64,000 bases of DNA from Neocallimastix sp. 'constans' (taxonomy: Eukaryota). This document shows, piece after piece, positions 41,405-54,522 of the stretch. Each line of letters starts with the position of its first letter. Positions within the stretch are counted from its first letter, which is position 1. The stretch is taken from assembly GCA_050613775.1 (NCBI GenBank), contig JBODTK010000137.1, forward strand, positions 1-64,000, given 5' to 3'. Under the pieces are notes generated by a model. It did not search any database. It saw only the letters and a list, made by a program, of their open reading frames with translations, and had not been told where the DNA came from. The position numbers and the translations under genes are program-made.

Positions 41405-43498
41405 GAGACACCAGTAATTAATAGAAATTCTTTTGATAATTTAAATAATATTAATTCTTATAGACAAAATTCAATAATAAATAATAGTCATCTAAATAAT
41501 TTAGAAAGCGGGTCAAATATAAATCAATATAATCAACAAAATTATGTATCTCCATTTGTTACTGAAAATAGAAATAATCAAATGAATAATGATATTAGAA
41601 TGGTTGAATCTCCAAATACAAATGAAGCTAAACCTTTTGAAAGTGAAGGTAATAATCAGGAAATTAAACGACAACTATCATATTCTTCTACTTCTATATC
41701 TGATTCTTCATCTTCAATATCCCCATTACAACATACTGTGGATAATAATGCTTCAACATCATCAAATACTCGTACTTTATATCGTGTAAGAGAAATTCAT
41801 AGGTTAAAACCAGGAGAGAAGCCACCATTAGGTGCAACATTAGTAAAAATACCAGAAGGTATTGCTAATGGAAATCAGCCAATACATCGATTAGAGCGCA
41901 TACGTGATTTAGAGCCGAATGAACAATTGCCAGAGGGTATTAAAGTTATTCATCGTTTACCATCTCTAAATCAACTTCCGCCTAATACAAAAATTTTACA
42001 TAAATTATCACCAGGTGAGCGTATACCTGAAGGTGCAAATATTATTAGAATTTTAAATAGGAATGATAATTCACAAAATCAAAATCAAAATCAAAATTTA
42101 CATATTGATAATAATTTAATATATAAGATAAACAATGATAATCAAATTAAATCACTCGAAGAAATAGATAGTGAAAAAATTCATCCTGATCATTCAACAA
42201 ATCAAGCTTCTTCAAGCAATATTGATACTTTAAGCACATTATCAGAAGATAAATCAGCCATATCAAAGATACAAAATATAAAAATGGAATCTAACGAAAA
42301 TTCATTTGTAGATTCAAGAAATTATAATAATAGTAATCATTTATCAGTTGATTTGAACTCTTCTTTAAATGAATCAAATAGTAATATTCTCGACTCTAAT
42401 TTAAATGCTCATTCTGAAAAAAAATCATCATCACAATTATCTCAGGCATCTCAAATATCTAAATCAAATTTGCAACCTCAAATTCAATCTCAGTTACAAT
42501 CACATTCTCACTTACATACTCAATCAGGAATAGAATTACAAGAAGAACCTCAAACTCATTCATATTCTCAGTCCCATCCAAATTCACAATCAACAACCCA
42601 AAATGTATTCAGAACATTTGCACCACCACAATTACAATTAACTGAAGGTCAACCACAGACAACTACTATTTATAATAGAATTTTCCCAATTAATGAATTA
42701 ACACCAAATCATAATCATCGTCAAAATCGTAATGGTAGAGCAATTCATCAATTTCAACGTATTCGTCAATTGCCTCAAGGAGCTGTAATTCCATCAAATG
42801 TTAATCCTGAAAATATTCATCATATAGAGGTTGGACATAATCGTGAACCACCTAGTCAAGAAATTATTGGAATTCTTAATAATGTACTTAATACTATAAA
42901 TAGGGCGGATTCGGATGAAACTGAAATTCAACTTTCTATTACAACTGATCAAAATCAAAACATGGGCGAAGGAGCCAATGGACAGAATCAAGATATTGTT
43001 GATGATGATGAAGTTAACCAAATTAATCAATTAGAATTAGATCAAGAATTTGATATAGAACATGACCATGAAATGGCAATTGATGAAGAAATCAATGATG
43101 AAGTTGACACATTTGATTTAATAAATAATAATTTAGATTCTCCAAGCTCAAGCAATTCAAACCAAGAAAATGAAGAAGACATAGTAAATCGAAACGAAAA
43201 TGAAAATAACGATCAAGAGAACAATGGGGAAAATGAGTCAGATGATCTTGTTGAGTATCCATCTGAAATAAAAAGAGCTAGACCTTGTAAATGTTGTCAT
43301 TTAAAATCAAATAAATTTAGAGGAACTTGTTGGTATTCGCGTTATCAGATGTTTTTAATTACATTAGCACATAAAGTTTCAATGAAAAAAGTTCATTCAT
43401 ATTGGCATTTTATTACTCCAGATTTTACTGTTGATGGTTTAAAAATGTATCGTTTTAATCAACGAAATCAAGAAACTTGGTGGGGTTTTAAAGAATAA
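38903..43498 (+). CDS. MYND-type zinc finger protein with helical (TPR-like) region and long Asn/Gln-rich disordered part; 3 exons (about 38903-39163, 39351-39461, 39590-43498)
   Basis: CTYC...QRCTNCKIAFYCSKECQKNDWKR|HKELC is a MYND finger spanning intron 1; GKCYILHGRVLKTAENYKDAIMSYKKAL is TPR-like. Confidence 0.85.
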
Positions 43499-44260
43499 TT
43501 TATATTATAAGATAAAATTTATAAAATAATTAATATATTAAGAAATTATTAAATAATTAATTATTTTGTTTTTGTTTTAATTTTTTATTTTTTACTTTTA
43601 CTTATTTTTAATTTATATATAATAAAATTATTAAAATTTTATTTATTTATTTATTAATTTATTCGTTTATTCATTCATTCATTTATTATATATTCAAAAA
43701 TTAATTTAATTTTCATTTAATAATTAATTATAATATTTATTTTTTTTTATTTTTTATTTTTTTTTTTTATATATTATTTCTTATTTTTTTAATATAATTT
43801 TTTTTTTATAAAAAAAAAAAAATTTAGGGTAAAATAAAAATGCACATATATATATAATTTAAAAAAAAAAAAAATACATATATACTACAATTTTAAAAAT
43901 TATATTAATTATAATCAATTAAATAGTGATAATAATAATAAATTCTATAATAAATTATCAAAATAATCAAAATAAAATAATCAATATTTCATTTCATTTG
44001 TGTTTTAATTAATTATTTATTTTTATATATTTTTATTTATTTTTATTTATTTTTTTTTTTTTTTTATTTTTTTTTTTATTTATTTTTGTTTTTTTTTTTT
44101 TTTATTTATTTTTATTTATTTTTATTTATTTTTATTTATTTTTATTTATTTATTTATTTGCTTTTTTTTTTTATTAAACATAATTTATCTTTATCGAATT
44201 ATTTTATTCTATTTATTTTATTATTATTTTTTTATGATTTATTTTCTATTGTATCCATCT

Positions 44261-44313
<53 letters not shown>

Positions 44314-44677
44314 GTTTTTATTTAATGCTTTTTATATTGTTTTATCAGAGAAAGAATATATAGATATAATAATAATATATATATGTTTTTTTTGCAGATA
44401 GATTCAATTTCATTTAATAAGATATTATATAAACTATTATACTAAATAGTTTATTACTTATTAATTTTAGTAAACTTTTTTTCTTTGATAAAACAATATA
44501 ATTATTTAATATAAAAATAAAATTATATTTTTATAATAGTCTTATTTGTTATAAAAAAAAAATAATTCCTTTATCAAAAATTTCACTATAAATTAATTCT
44601 TAAATTATGCTAATTTATATAATTTTATTTTTTTATGTTTTCCAGATAGATTTATTGACTATAAGCAATTGAAAAAA

Positions 44678-44710
<33 letters not shown>

Positions 44711-44899
44711 AAAAAGAAACTATTATTTTTTTCAATTATAAATAAAATAAAAAAAATTATTTCTATTCATAATTATGTTTTTTCTAAATTGTATTTTAAA
44801 CTATATAAGATGATAAATAAGAAAAAAATAAAAATAAAAAATGTAATATTTTTTCTTTTTTTAAAAAAAAAATAAAATAAGTATATTGAATTTTTAAAA

Positions 44900-47270
44900 T
44901 TAATGTTCATTACCATTATTATTTGAAAAATTAATAACATCTACGGGTAAATTTGCTGTTTCTATTACATCAAATGTTCTAATCAATTTTGTATTATAAC
45001 TTGAACAATAAACACATTTATGATATATAAAATGAAAGTTTGTATATGATTTCTTTTCACAATCATTACATAAAATATAACTTTTCCAATTTTTATATTC
45101 TTCTGGCATTTTTTGTTGAGCTATAAGTTGATCAATTCTCTTAAAATAATCTGACATATTAGCCAACGATTTAAAACATGTTGGACATTGGTATGACGTT
45201 TGAATATATTCTTTATAACATTTATGGTGAATACAATGACCACAAGGCTAATTATGAGAAAAAAAAAAAAAAAAAGATAAAATTTATAAAAATTTTTAAA
45301 TTAAAATAAAATATTAACAAATATAATAATATTTAAATAAATAAAATTATTAAATTAATATGTATAATAAAAATAATAGTAATAGTATTGATTACCATAA
45401 ATATTACTGTTGTCGTTGATGTGAACATATATTCCCCACATATTGGACAATTACTTTCTAAATTTCTTTCTATACATTTATGATGACCTTTTAAACTAAT
45501 AGACATACATACATTACATGTTTTACAATGAAAATAGTCAATACCTAAACCTTTACCAATTCTACAAATGCCACAGTCATAGCAATGATAGATATTTTTA
45601 GTTGGATCATTATCCCATAACTTACACTCTGGACAATAATATCTTGCCACTTTTTTTCCACAATTTGCATTAAGGCATACATCATTTACAGGTTGTACTG
45701 TTGAACAATACATACACATCATCTTTAATGTAAGAGTTTTACTATTATTATTATATATATATATATATAATATTAATGAATAAATATTTCAAGAATACTA
45801 ATCATAGATTCATTTATAATAAAAACCTTGTAATTGAATGATCAGAAACTTCATCATGGCAAAATCTACATGGGAACCATTTACCACAGCAATGGGCTTG
45901 AATTTTTAATGCTCTTTGATAATGCTTACATCCCAAAATATTTTTTTCTTTATTCTATAATATATATATATATATATTAATTAAATTTACAATTATAAAG
46001 ATATTAAATAAATGTACAAACAATCAACTGAAATTATAAACAAATAAATAATAATAGTAATAATAATAATATAATATTTACATAATATGTTATTGCTTTT
46101 TCTTCTTCTGTTAATGGTCTATCATAGTCCACTTTTTCTGAAGGTTGAAAATTTGTAATATTATTACTATGAACTTTATGTTTTGAAATATAAGGCCTAG
46201 TCATTAATTCCTATTAAATTATTTAAAATTATATTATTGATATAAAATAAAATTAAAGTAAATATTTATCCAACACTTATATATATATATATAATATATA
46301 TCATATATTCAATTCTCATTTATAATAATACTTGTATTTTTCTAGCCTTTTCAGTTTCAGTAAGTGAAATATCTTTTTGTATATTTATTATTTGTTTTCG
46401 AATATTTTGTTGCTCTTTTTGAAGTTTTTCATCATTCATCTTATTAGCTTCTTCTTCATCATTAATATTATTTTGTTCCTCACTTTCAACATTATCATTT
46501 AAATTGTCATTGTTATCACTACTTTCTTCTTCTTCTTCATCATCATCATCATCATAATTTCCTATACTTTGAAATGAAAAATCACATTCATTATCTGACA
46601 TACTACATTCACAACTTTCATATTTTTCACCGCCATTACTATAATCACCTTTAAAGCTATTTTTTCTACTCATATTTGAACTAGAGGACGATATATTATC
46701 ATAATTATATGATTTGTCTATTATTTCATCATTATTATGTTTTATATTTTCAATTCTATGAGAATACTCTGATTCATCATAAAAGTAATTTGAGTATAAA
46801 GATTCATTATTATCATTATTTAAATAATTTTTATTTTTTTTCTTATTATTTTTATTTTCAAAGTTAGTTTCATGTTTTATAACCAGGGATGTAGATGAAA
46901 TTTGTTGTTGACTTTTGTTTAAAGAAGAAACTAAGGATAAAGTAGATGTACTATTTGATGACGAAGCCATATCTTCAGATTTTATATCATCTATTGAAAT
47001 AGAAATTGGCATTGAATTAGAATTCGAATTTTTTCCTTTATTTGGTATTTTTTGTAATATTATATTATTTTCATTTTCTTTATCTTTAGATTTTTCTAAT
47101 TCGCTTTGAGGATAACTAATATTACTATCAGTATGATAGCATATTTCAGGCAAATCATTCCTAATTGAATTGATATTTGAATTCTGTATTTTAGCTTCTA
47201 AATTTCCTTCACTATCAAATGAACAAGCATTAACACCTTTAGAATTTTTCTTATTTTTTGTAATGGGCAT
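44900..47270 (-). CDS. RCHY1: RING finger and CHY zinc finger protein (RCHY1/Pirh2-like E3 ligase), 5 exons
   Basis: LGCKHYQRALKIQAHCCGKWFPCRFCHDEVSDH (CHY), YYCPECKLWD, YHCYDCGICRIG, HKCIERNLESNCPICGEYMFTS, PCGHCIHHKC...YQCPTC (RING-H2), ILCNDCEKKS...FHFIYHKCVYCSSYNT (zinc ribbon). Confidence 0.93.
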
Positions 47271-48869
47271 TGTGAAAATTAATTTATTTTTTTATAATAA
47301 ATACTTTTATATTAATATAATTATATTTAAATTTAAATTTACTTTATTTTATTCTATTCTATTCTACTCTTTTTTTACTTTTGCTGTTATTTTAGTACTT
47401 TTTTTTTTTATAATTTTTATTTTTATCTTTATCTTTTATTTCTTATTTTGCTCTGGTTATTTAATTTATATTTATTTAGTATTAATAAAGGTTCTTGATT
47501 TTATCTTTTGATATTTTATATAATTCTTTATATTGATGCTATATATAATTTTTCATATATAGAATATTTTCCACTATTTATTTCTATCTCATAGAAATAA
47601 ACTTTTTGTATAATTCATATAATATTAAAAAAGCTATATAGATTTTTATTACTATTTATTTGAAGAAAAAAAATTTTTATATTTAACGTGATTATAAAAA
47701 ATATATAATAGTAATAAAATAGTTTATTTAAATTATATGAAATTAATTAAGAAACTCATTAACGTGTAAATATATAAATGTATATATGTATATATTTATT
47801 ATTATTATTTTTTTCTGATATGTAATTTTCCAATAGTAACGTTGATTATATATCCATATATATATATATATATTACATTTATAAAAATTTTCTATAATTT
47901 TTTTTAAATAAATAATTAAAATAAAAAAAATATATTATCTAAAAAGTTTGTATCCAAATACTAATACTAATTTTCCACTTTAAAAGATAGTTTAATAATA
48001 GTAATATATATTATTATAAAAATAATATACTAATATATAAACAAAGAAAAAAAAAAATAAAGTAACAATAAAATAAAAAATATATATATATATTTATATA
48101 TAATAAAAAAATAAAATAAATTAAAATATAAAATGATTTAAAATATAATAAAAAAAATTTTTTTTTCAATTTGAAATATAAATAAAATAAAATATGGATA
48201 CTACAGCAAATTGTAATTCAACATTTATTTTTAAAATATTTATATTATAAAATATAAAATATACTTAAATCACATTTTTTTTCATAAAATAAATATTTTA
48301 TATTTATGATTTAAAATTTGTTTATTACATTATTTTAATTTCAATTTAAATAATAAAATAAAATAAACTTATTTAATATATTCATATATTTTTTAATAAA
48401 AAATAAAATAAAAAAGAGTTTAAAATATCAGAAATTTATTAATATTTATGTAATATTTAACTCTATTTTAGAAACCAATAATTAAAAAATTAAAAGTTTT
48501 CATTAAATTTATTAATTTATCAAAAACATTTAAAATAAAGTTAAACAGAATTAAAAAAAAAAAATATATTTATTAAAATATTTTATTACAATCAATTTTA
48601 ATAAATTTTAATAAGTACAAAAAAAAAAATTACATTATTAGATAGTATCAAGAATCATGAACTTTATTTAATACGATTATTAAATTGTTAAATGGAAAAG
48701 TTATATTATAGAGAGAAGAATTTTTAATATTAATATAAATCTTAATTTAAATATCTATTATTTTTTTTATTTAATACAATATAACCTAATAATAAACTTT
48801 AGATGATTATATTTTAGCTTAAATGATTTATATTTTTATATATTTTTATTTTTTAAAATTTTTCACTAT

Positions 48870-49480
48870 GAATTTGATTCCGAAGTTACTATTTCTTTAC
48901 AATCTTTTAATAAAAATTTTTCAAGTATATCTCATTTGATGTAGAAGGTAACCATTAGAAATCTTTTCTATTTTTATACATATAATAAAATTTGCTTCAC
49001 CAATTAAGTTATATGATATTTTTCTATAATTAATCTTACTGTTTTATTAATTTCCACATCTTTACCTGTAATTAATAAATCATCTACGTATATTCTTATG
49101 ACACATAAAATTTATTACCTTTATTCTTGATAAAGCACTTAGAGAACCATGTATTTTAATACATGGTTCACTAAGTGCTTTATTGTATCACATATAATAT
49201 TGTTCTATTATTTTGAGGCCTGTTTTAGTCCATAAAAACTTTTTATAATTTAAAATACCCTAAATTTGGATCACCTTCAGGTTTTTTCATATAAATATCT
49301 TCCTTCAAATTGTCATTTAAATAGACTACCTTTATATTCATTTGATGAATATTAAAATTACTCTCTACAGCTTAAAGAATCTTGTTTTAATAATGGCGAA
49401 AAGGTTTCTTTATAAACTTCTCTATATTCCTGAGTATAGCTCCTTCATTAAAGTAAATATCCTTATTAACATTTCTATTT
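48870..49480 (-). mobile_element. Ty1/copia LTR-retrotransposon reverse transcriptase relic
   Basis: Reverse strand reads KETFSPL, IHQMNIKVVYLNDNLKEDIYMKKPEG, KL*KSFYGLKQAS and IYVDDLLITG: copia RT motifs with stops and frameshifts. No LTRs seen. Confidence 0.88.
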
Positions 49481-50019
49481 AAGATAATTTCGTTTTTATT
49501 TTTAAGTAATTTATTAATATTGTTTTCTTTATATCTAAAAATTTAAAAAAAAAAATGTCATAGTTTTAAAAAAATTTTTTTGAAAGTTTGTACTTTAAAT
49601 TATATTTATTTATTAATAAATATTTTAAATTATCCATTATTATATTATATAATTAAAATTGTATTATTAAAAATTTGTGTACAATAAATATTTTTCTATA
49701 AAATTTAATATTTTGATAAATATCATTATTATAATATATTTTTAAAGTATTAATAAATGATACATATTTCATATATTTTAATAAAATTTAAAATATATAT
49801 ATATTTTTAAGAATTAAATATTAAAAGAAATTTCAAATTAATTACATTCAACAATCTAAAATTGAAATAGGTAATAAATATTATTTCTTTGGATAAATTT
49901 ATTTATTTATTTATTTTTTTTATTATTCATATATATACATAAAAAAAAAAAAATTCTGACCTTTAATATATAGTTGTTATTTAATCAAAATATTTAATTT
50001 ATATATTAATTTAATCAAA

Positions 50020-50765
50020 ATGGAAACAAATTTGAATATGTTAAATAATGCTGAACAACGAAAAAAGAATTTACAAGAATTGAGAAATAAATATAAAAAC
50101 AAATTAAATAATAAAAGACAAAGAGATGAGTAAGTATCTATTAATATATATAGTTATAATGAATAAAATTAATAGAATAAAATTATTTAATTATTTTAAT
50201 TATTAATTATTTTAATTACTTTTTAAATATACTTTATATATAACAAATGATTTATTTTTTTTATTTTATAAATTAATCTTATCTTTATTGTTATAAATAT
50301 AAATAAATATAAATATAAAATAATAATATATAACTAAATATTAATTTAAAAAAGATCTGGATTATTGAATGATAATGAAGAAATTATAAATGAAGTTACA
50401 GTAGAAAGTGTTGTTGAAAAATATGCAAAAGAAACATTAGATAAGGAAAAGGAAAAAACTTCAGAAATTGTAATTATCGACATTGTTATCAAAATAATTA
50501 CTTATTTAAATTAATTTTTTTTTTTTTAGAAACAATAAAATATTAAATTAATTTATAATTATTTTAAAAAATAAATTCATAATTATGAATATAATTATTA
50601 TATATCCAAATTCAAGAATTTACAAAATCTAGCACCAAAAAAACCAAATTGGGATTTGAAAAGAGATCTTGAAAAAAGACTAGAAAAACTTGAGAAGAAA
50701 ACACAAATCTGTATAAATGAAATAATACGTAAGTCAATTTTATTATAATGAATAAGTTCAATATG

Positions 50766-50811
<46 letters not shown>

Positions 50812-51020
50812 TTTTTATTTTACAAAATGAATTTTTTTTTTTTTTTTATATTTTATTTTTTATTTTACAAGATAAATTAATATATATATATATTATTATT
50901 ACTATTATTATTTTTTATAAACACATTATTAACAAATTATATAAACTAATAATAGGTGAACGTTTAAAAAATTCAGGAGATATATCTTCAATGCCAACTT
51001 CTGTTGAAGAAATGCGTTAA
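50020..51020 (+). CDS. cwf18: Pre-mRNA splicing factor Cwf18/CCDC12-like, 4 exons
   Basis: AEQRKKNLQELR...; NLQNLAPKKPNWDLKRDLEKRLEKLEKKTQICINEII|RERLK is the cwf18/CCDC12 signature. Exons about 50020-50129, 50355-50469, 50617-50728, 50956-51020. Confidence 0.9.
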
Positions 51021-51462
51021 TTCATTATTCTATCACAACTTTTATTATATCTTTGAATAAAAAATATAAATTTACAATCAAAATTATACATAATAATATT
51101 TTCTTTTTTTTAAAAAAAAAAAAAAAACATTGAAATCATAACAATGTATCTACATTTTTATCATTAAAAAAATATAATTTATTTATTTTTACATTAAACA
51201 TAATATCAAATTTTTTTTTTTTATTTTTTCTTTTTTTTTATCCTATTTTCTTATTTGCTTGTTTTTCATTATATATAAAATCAATTTTTTTTAAAAAAAA
51301 TATTGAATAAATATAAATATAAATATATAAAAATATTTCTGTATTTTAATATATTAATAAATTATCCATAAAAAAAAATTTTTTTTTATTTAAATATATA
51401 TATATATTTTATTTTTTTTTTTTAAAAAAAAAAAAAAAGAAAGTATTTAGTAATATATTAAA

Positions 51463-52158
51463 ATGATAACATCAATTATATTTGATTTAGATGGAACACT
51501 AGTTAATTCAATTAAAGATTTAGCTTCAGCATGTAATCATGCTTTAAGAATTTTGAATTATCCAGAAAAAAATATTGAAGAATATTGTCAATTTGTTGGT
51601 AATGGTGTTATTGAATTATTTAAACGCTGCTTACCTGCAGATTGTAAAACACCTGAAAACATTGAACGTATGAAAGTTGAATTTAGAAAATATTATGGTG
51701 ACCATCTTTTAGATGAAACTTTACCTTATAATGGCATAAAAGAATTATTAAATGTTTTCGTTCAAGAAAATGAAAAAAAAAGAGCAAATGGCGCATCAGA
51801 AAATGAACTTTTTAAATTAGCAATTGCTACTAATAAACCTGATAAATTTGCTCATATTATTGTTAATAATTTTTTCCCAAACGTATTTGATGTTATTTAT
51901 GGTGCTAGAGAAGGATTTGAAAGAAAACCGTCACCAGAAATTATTAACATTATTTTAAAAGATTTTAATAGAGATAAAGATACAGCTGTTATGATTGGAG
52001 ATTCCAATGTAGATATTTATACAGCATTGAATGCCGGCATTCGTTCAATAGGTTGTTCATGGGGTTTTAGGGGTGAATCGGAACTTAAAGATGCAGGTGC
52101 TGAATATATTGCACATTCATCAAATGAAATTTATGATTTCATTAAACAAATGAAATAA
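51463..52158 (+). CDS. HAD-superfamily phosphatase, phosphoglycolate phosphatase (Gph)-like, intronless
   Basis: Motif I FDLDGTLVNS, motif II IATNK, motif III RKPSP, motif IV MIGDSNVDI; C-terminal WGFRGESEL. Confidence 0.93.
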   Translation: MITSIIFDLDGTLVNSIKDLASACNHALRILNYPEKNIEEYCQFVGNGVIELFKRCLPADCKTPENIERMKVEFRKYYGDHLLDETLPYNGIKELLNVFVQENEKKRANGASENELFKLAIATNKPDKFAHIIVNNFFPNVFDVIYGAREGFERKPSPEIINIILKDFNRDKDTAVMIGDSNVDIYTALNAGIRSIGCSWGFRGESELKDAGAEYIAHSSNEIYDFIKQMK

Positions 52159-52489
52159 ATTGATTATTTTTGAAGATAAAAAAGTAAATAGATAAATAAT
52201 TTGAATAAATACTATTAATAATAATAAAAGATAAAGAAAATAATAATTATATTAAAAAAAAATAATAATAAGATTTATTGACACTATATATTTTTTTTAA
52301 ATTATGTCATATGAAATGTATGATATAATTATACTTAATCAAATTAAAATAAAATAAATTAAAATTTATAATATTCTAATAAAAAGTTCATTATTTATTT
52401 TAATATTTTTGTGTAATTATGCTGTTAAAATATGCCTTGGACATTTATTTATTTATTATATGCAATTTAAATCATTTATTGAATATTCA

Positions 52490-52535
<46 letters not shown>

Positions 52536-52597
52536 GTAGTAGTAGTAGTAATAATAATAATAATAATAATAATTTTATTTAGATTATAATTAATACA

Positions 52598-52632
<35 letters not shown>

Positions 52633-53301
52633 AACTAATGCCTATAAAAATTCAAATATCTTAAATTAATAATTATTGTATATAATAATAATAATAGTGG
52701 TTCTAAATAGATAAACAGATAGTCTTATATAGTTGAGGTTAATCAATTATCAATAGGTTGCATAACCTTTGTTAAATAGTAATAGTATTAGTTGTAGCAA
52801 TAATAATTATAGTAGTAATGAAGTAATGATAATAGTAATGGTAATAGTTAAAATAATAGAAATAGAAATAATAAATATAAATAATCATAGTAATGTGGAA
52901 CAATAACTTTACTAAATTTTTGTTAATTATTTTTTAATATATAATAAACTTTCAAATATAGCATCAAATATGTTGCAATCAACCCTTTTATATCAATAAT
53001 ATGTGTGAAAATAACATCATCAAACTATTACGAATAACCAGGACCCATTCTAAAAAAAAAAAAAAAAAAATACATATAAAGAAAATAATTACAGTAAATT
53101 TAACAAGAAAAAATTAGATGGTATGGACTTTTTACCTTCTCTTTCATTTGCTAAAAAGAATAAAAGAAGAAGTCTAACAGTAACGAAAGTTCTCCAAAAA
53201 TTTTAGAGAATATCTTTATAGTAATATTAATATCAAAAACTAAAATAAGTTAATATTAATTAAATTAAATAATATAACCCTTTATTGAATATGTTGATTG
53301 T

Positions 53302-53342
<41 letters not shown>

Positions 53343-53863
53343 TAAAACATATTAAAAATTATGTTAATAAATACACAAATATATATATATATATATAAAT
53401 ATGGTAATTAAATTAATAAAACTTAAAATAGAATTACTAATAATTTAATTTTAAATTAAAATTTTTATATAAAGATTATTATTTTTATTTATAAATAATG
53501 ATAAATCATAAATATAATAAGTTAGGATTAAAGAAATTATATTTGAATTAGTATGAATAAAAATAAAAGATAATAATAATAAAATTAAAATTATACATAT
53601 ATGATTATACAATTATACAATTACATAAATCTATTAAAAAATTTAAAAATAATAAAATAGTACAGAAAAATAAAAAAAAAAAATAAAAATAAAAATAAAA
53701 TAAAAATAAAAAAATAGAATAAATAAAATAGAAATAAAAAAAAAAAAAATAAAATAAAATAAAATAAAAATACTTAATATAATGTAATTAATCTTATTTT
53801 TAATTTTATCTTATTTTATTTTTTATTTATTCTATTGTTTTTTATTTTTTATTTTTTTTTGTA

Positions 53864-53900
<37 letters not shown>

Positions 53901-53963
53901 TTTTTTTTAATAATTTAATTTAATATCGATATTTAATTATTCATTATTTTAATTCATTCTATT

Positions 53964-54489
53964 TTAACCTTGACGATTCATTCCATTATTATTACGATTC
54001 ATACCACCACGACCTCTCATATTAATATTTCTACCACGATTACTATTATTACGGTTTTGTATTTGATTTTGAGATATATTATGACCTCCGTGACCACCAC
54101 GGCCTCCACGATTATTTGAATTATTACCTCTACTCATTATTTGTTTTTGATTTCCTTTATTATATATTAAATTAATAGAGAAAGAAAAAAAAAAATTACA
54201 ATAAAAATAGAAATAATATTAATAATAATAATAACAGTAACAATAAAAATATATATAATATTTATATATTATTTCAAATAATTTTTTAATATTATTCGCT
54301 TTGTCAAATAAAAAATATTATAATAATGAAAGAAATTCATAATTACCTTGTGAATTCTGAACTGGAATATTTCTTATATTTTGATTATGATTATTATTAT
54401 CATTCCTTGCACGTTTATTATTATTGTTATTAAAAGCATTATCTTTTTGAAAATGAGATATAATATATAAATGTATATATTTATTAATT

Positions 54490-54522
<33 letters not shown>

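Noticed and set aside
52950..53220. Mixed-base patch that might be a small gene or snoRNA
   Set aside because: Could not build a consistent spliced ORF or find a C/D or H/ACA box pair.
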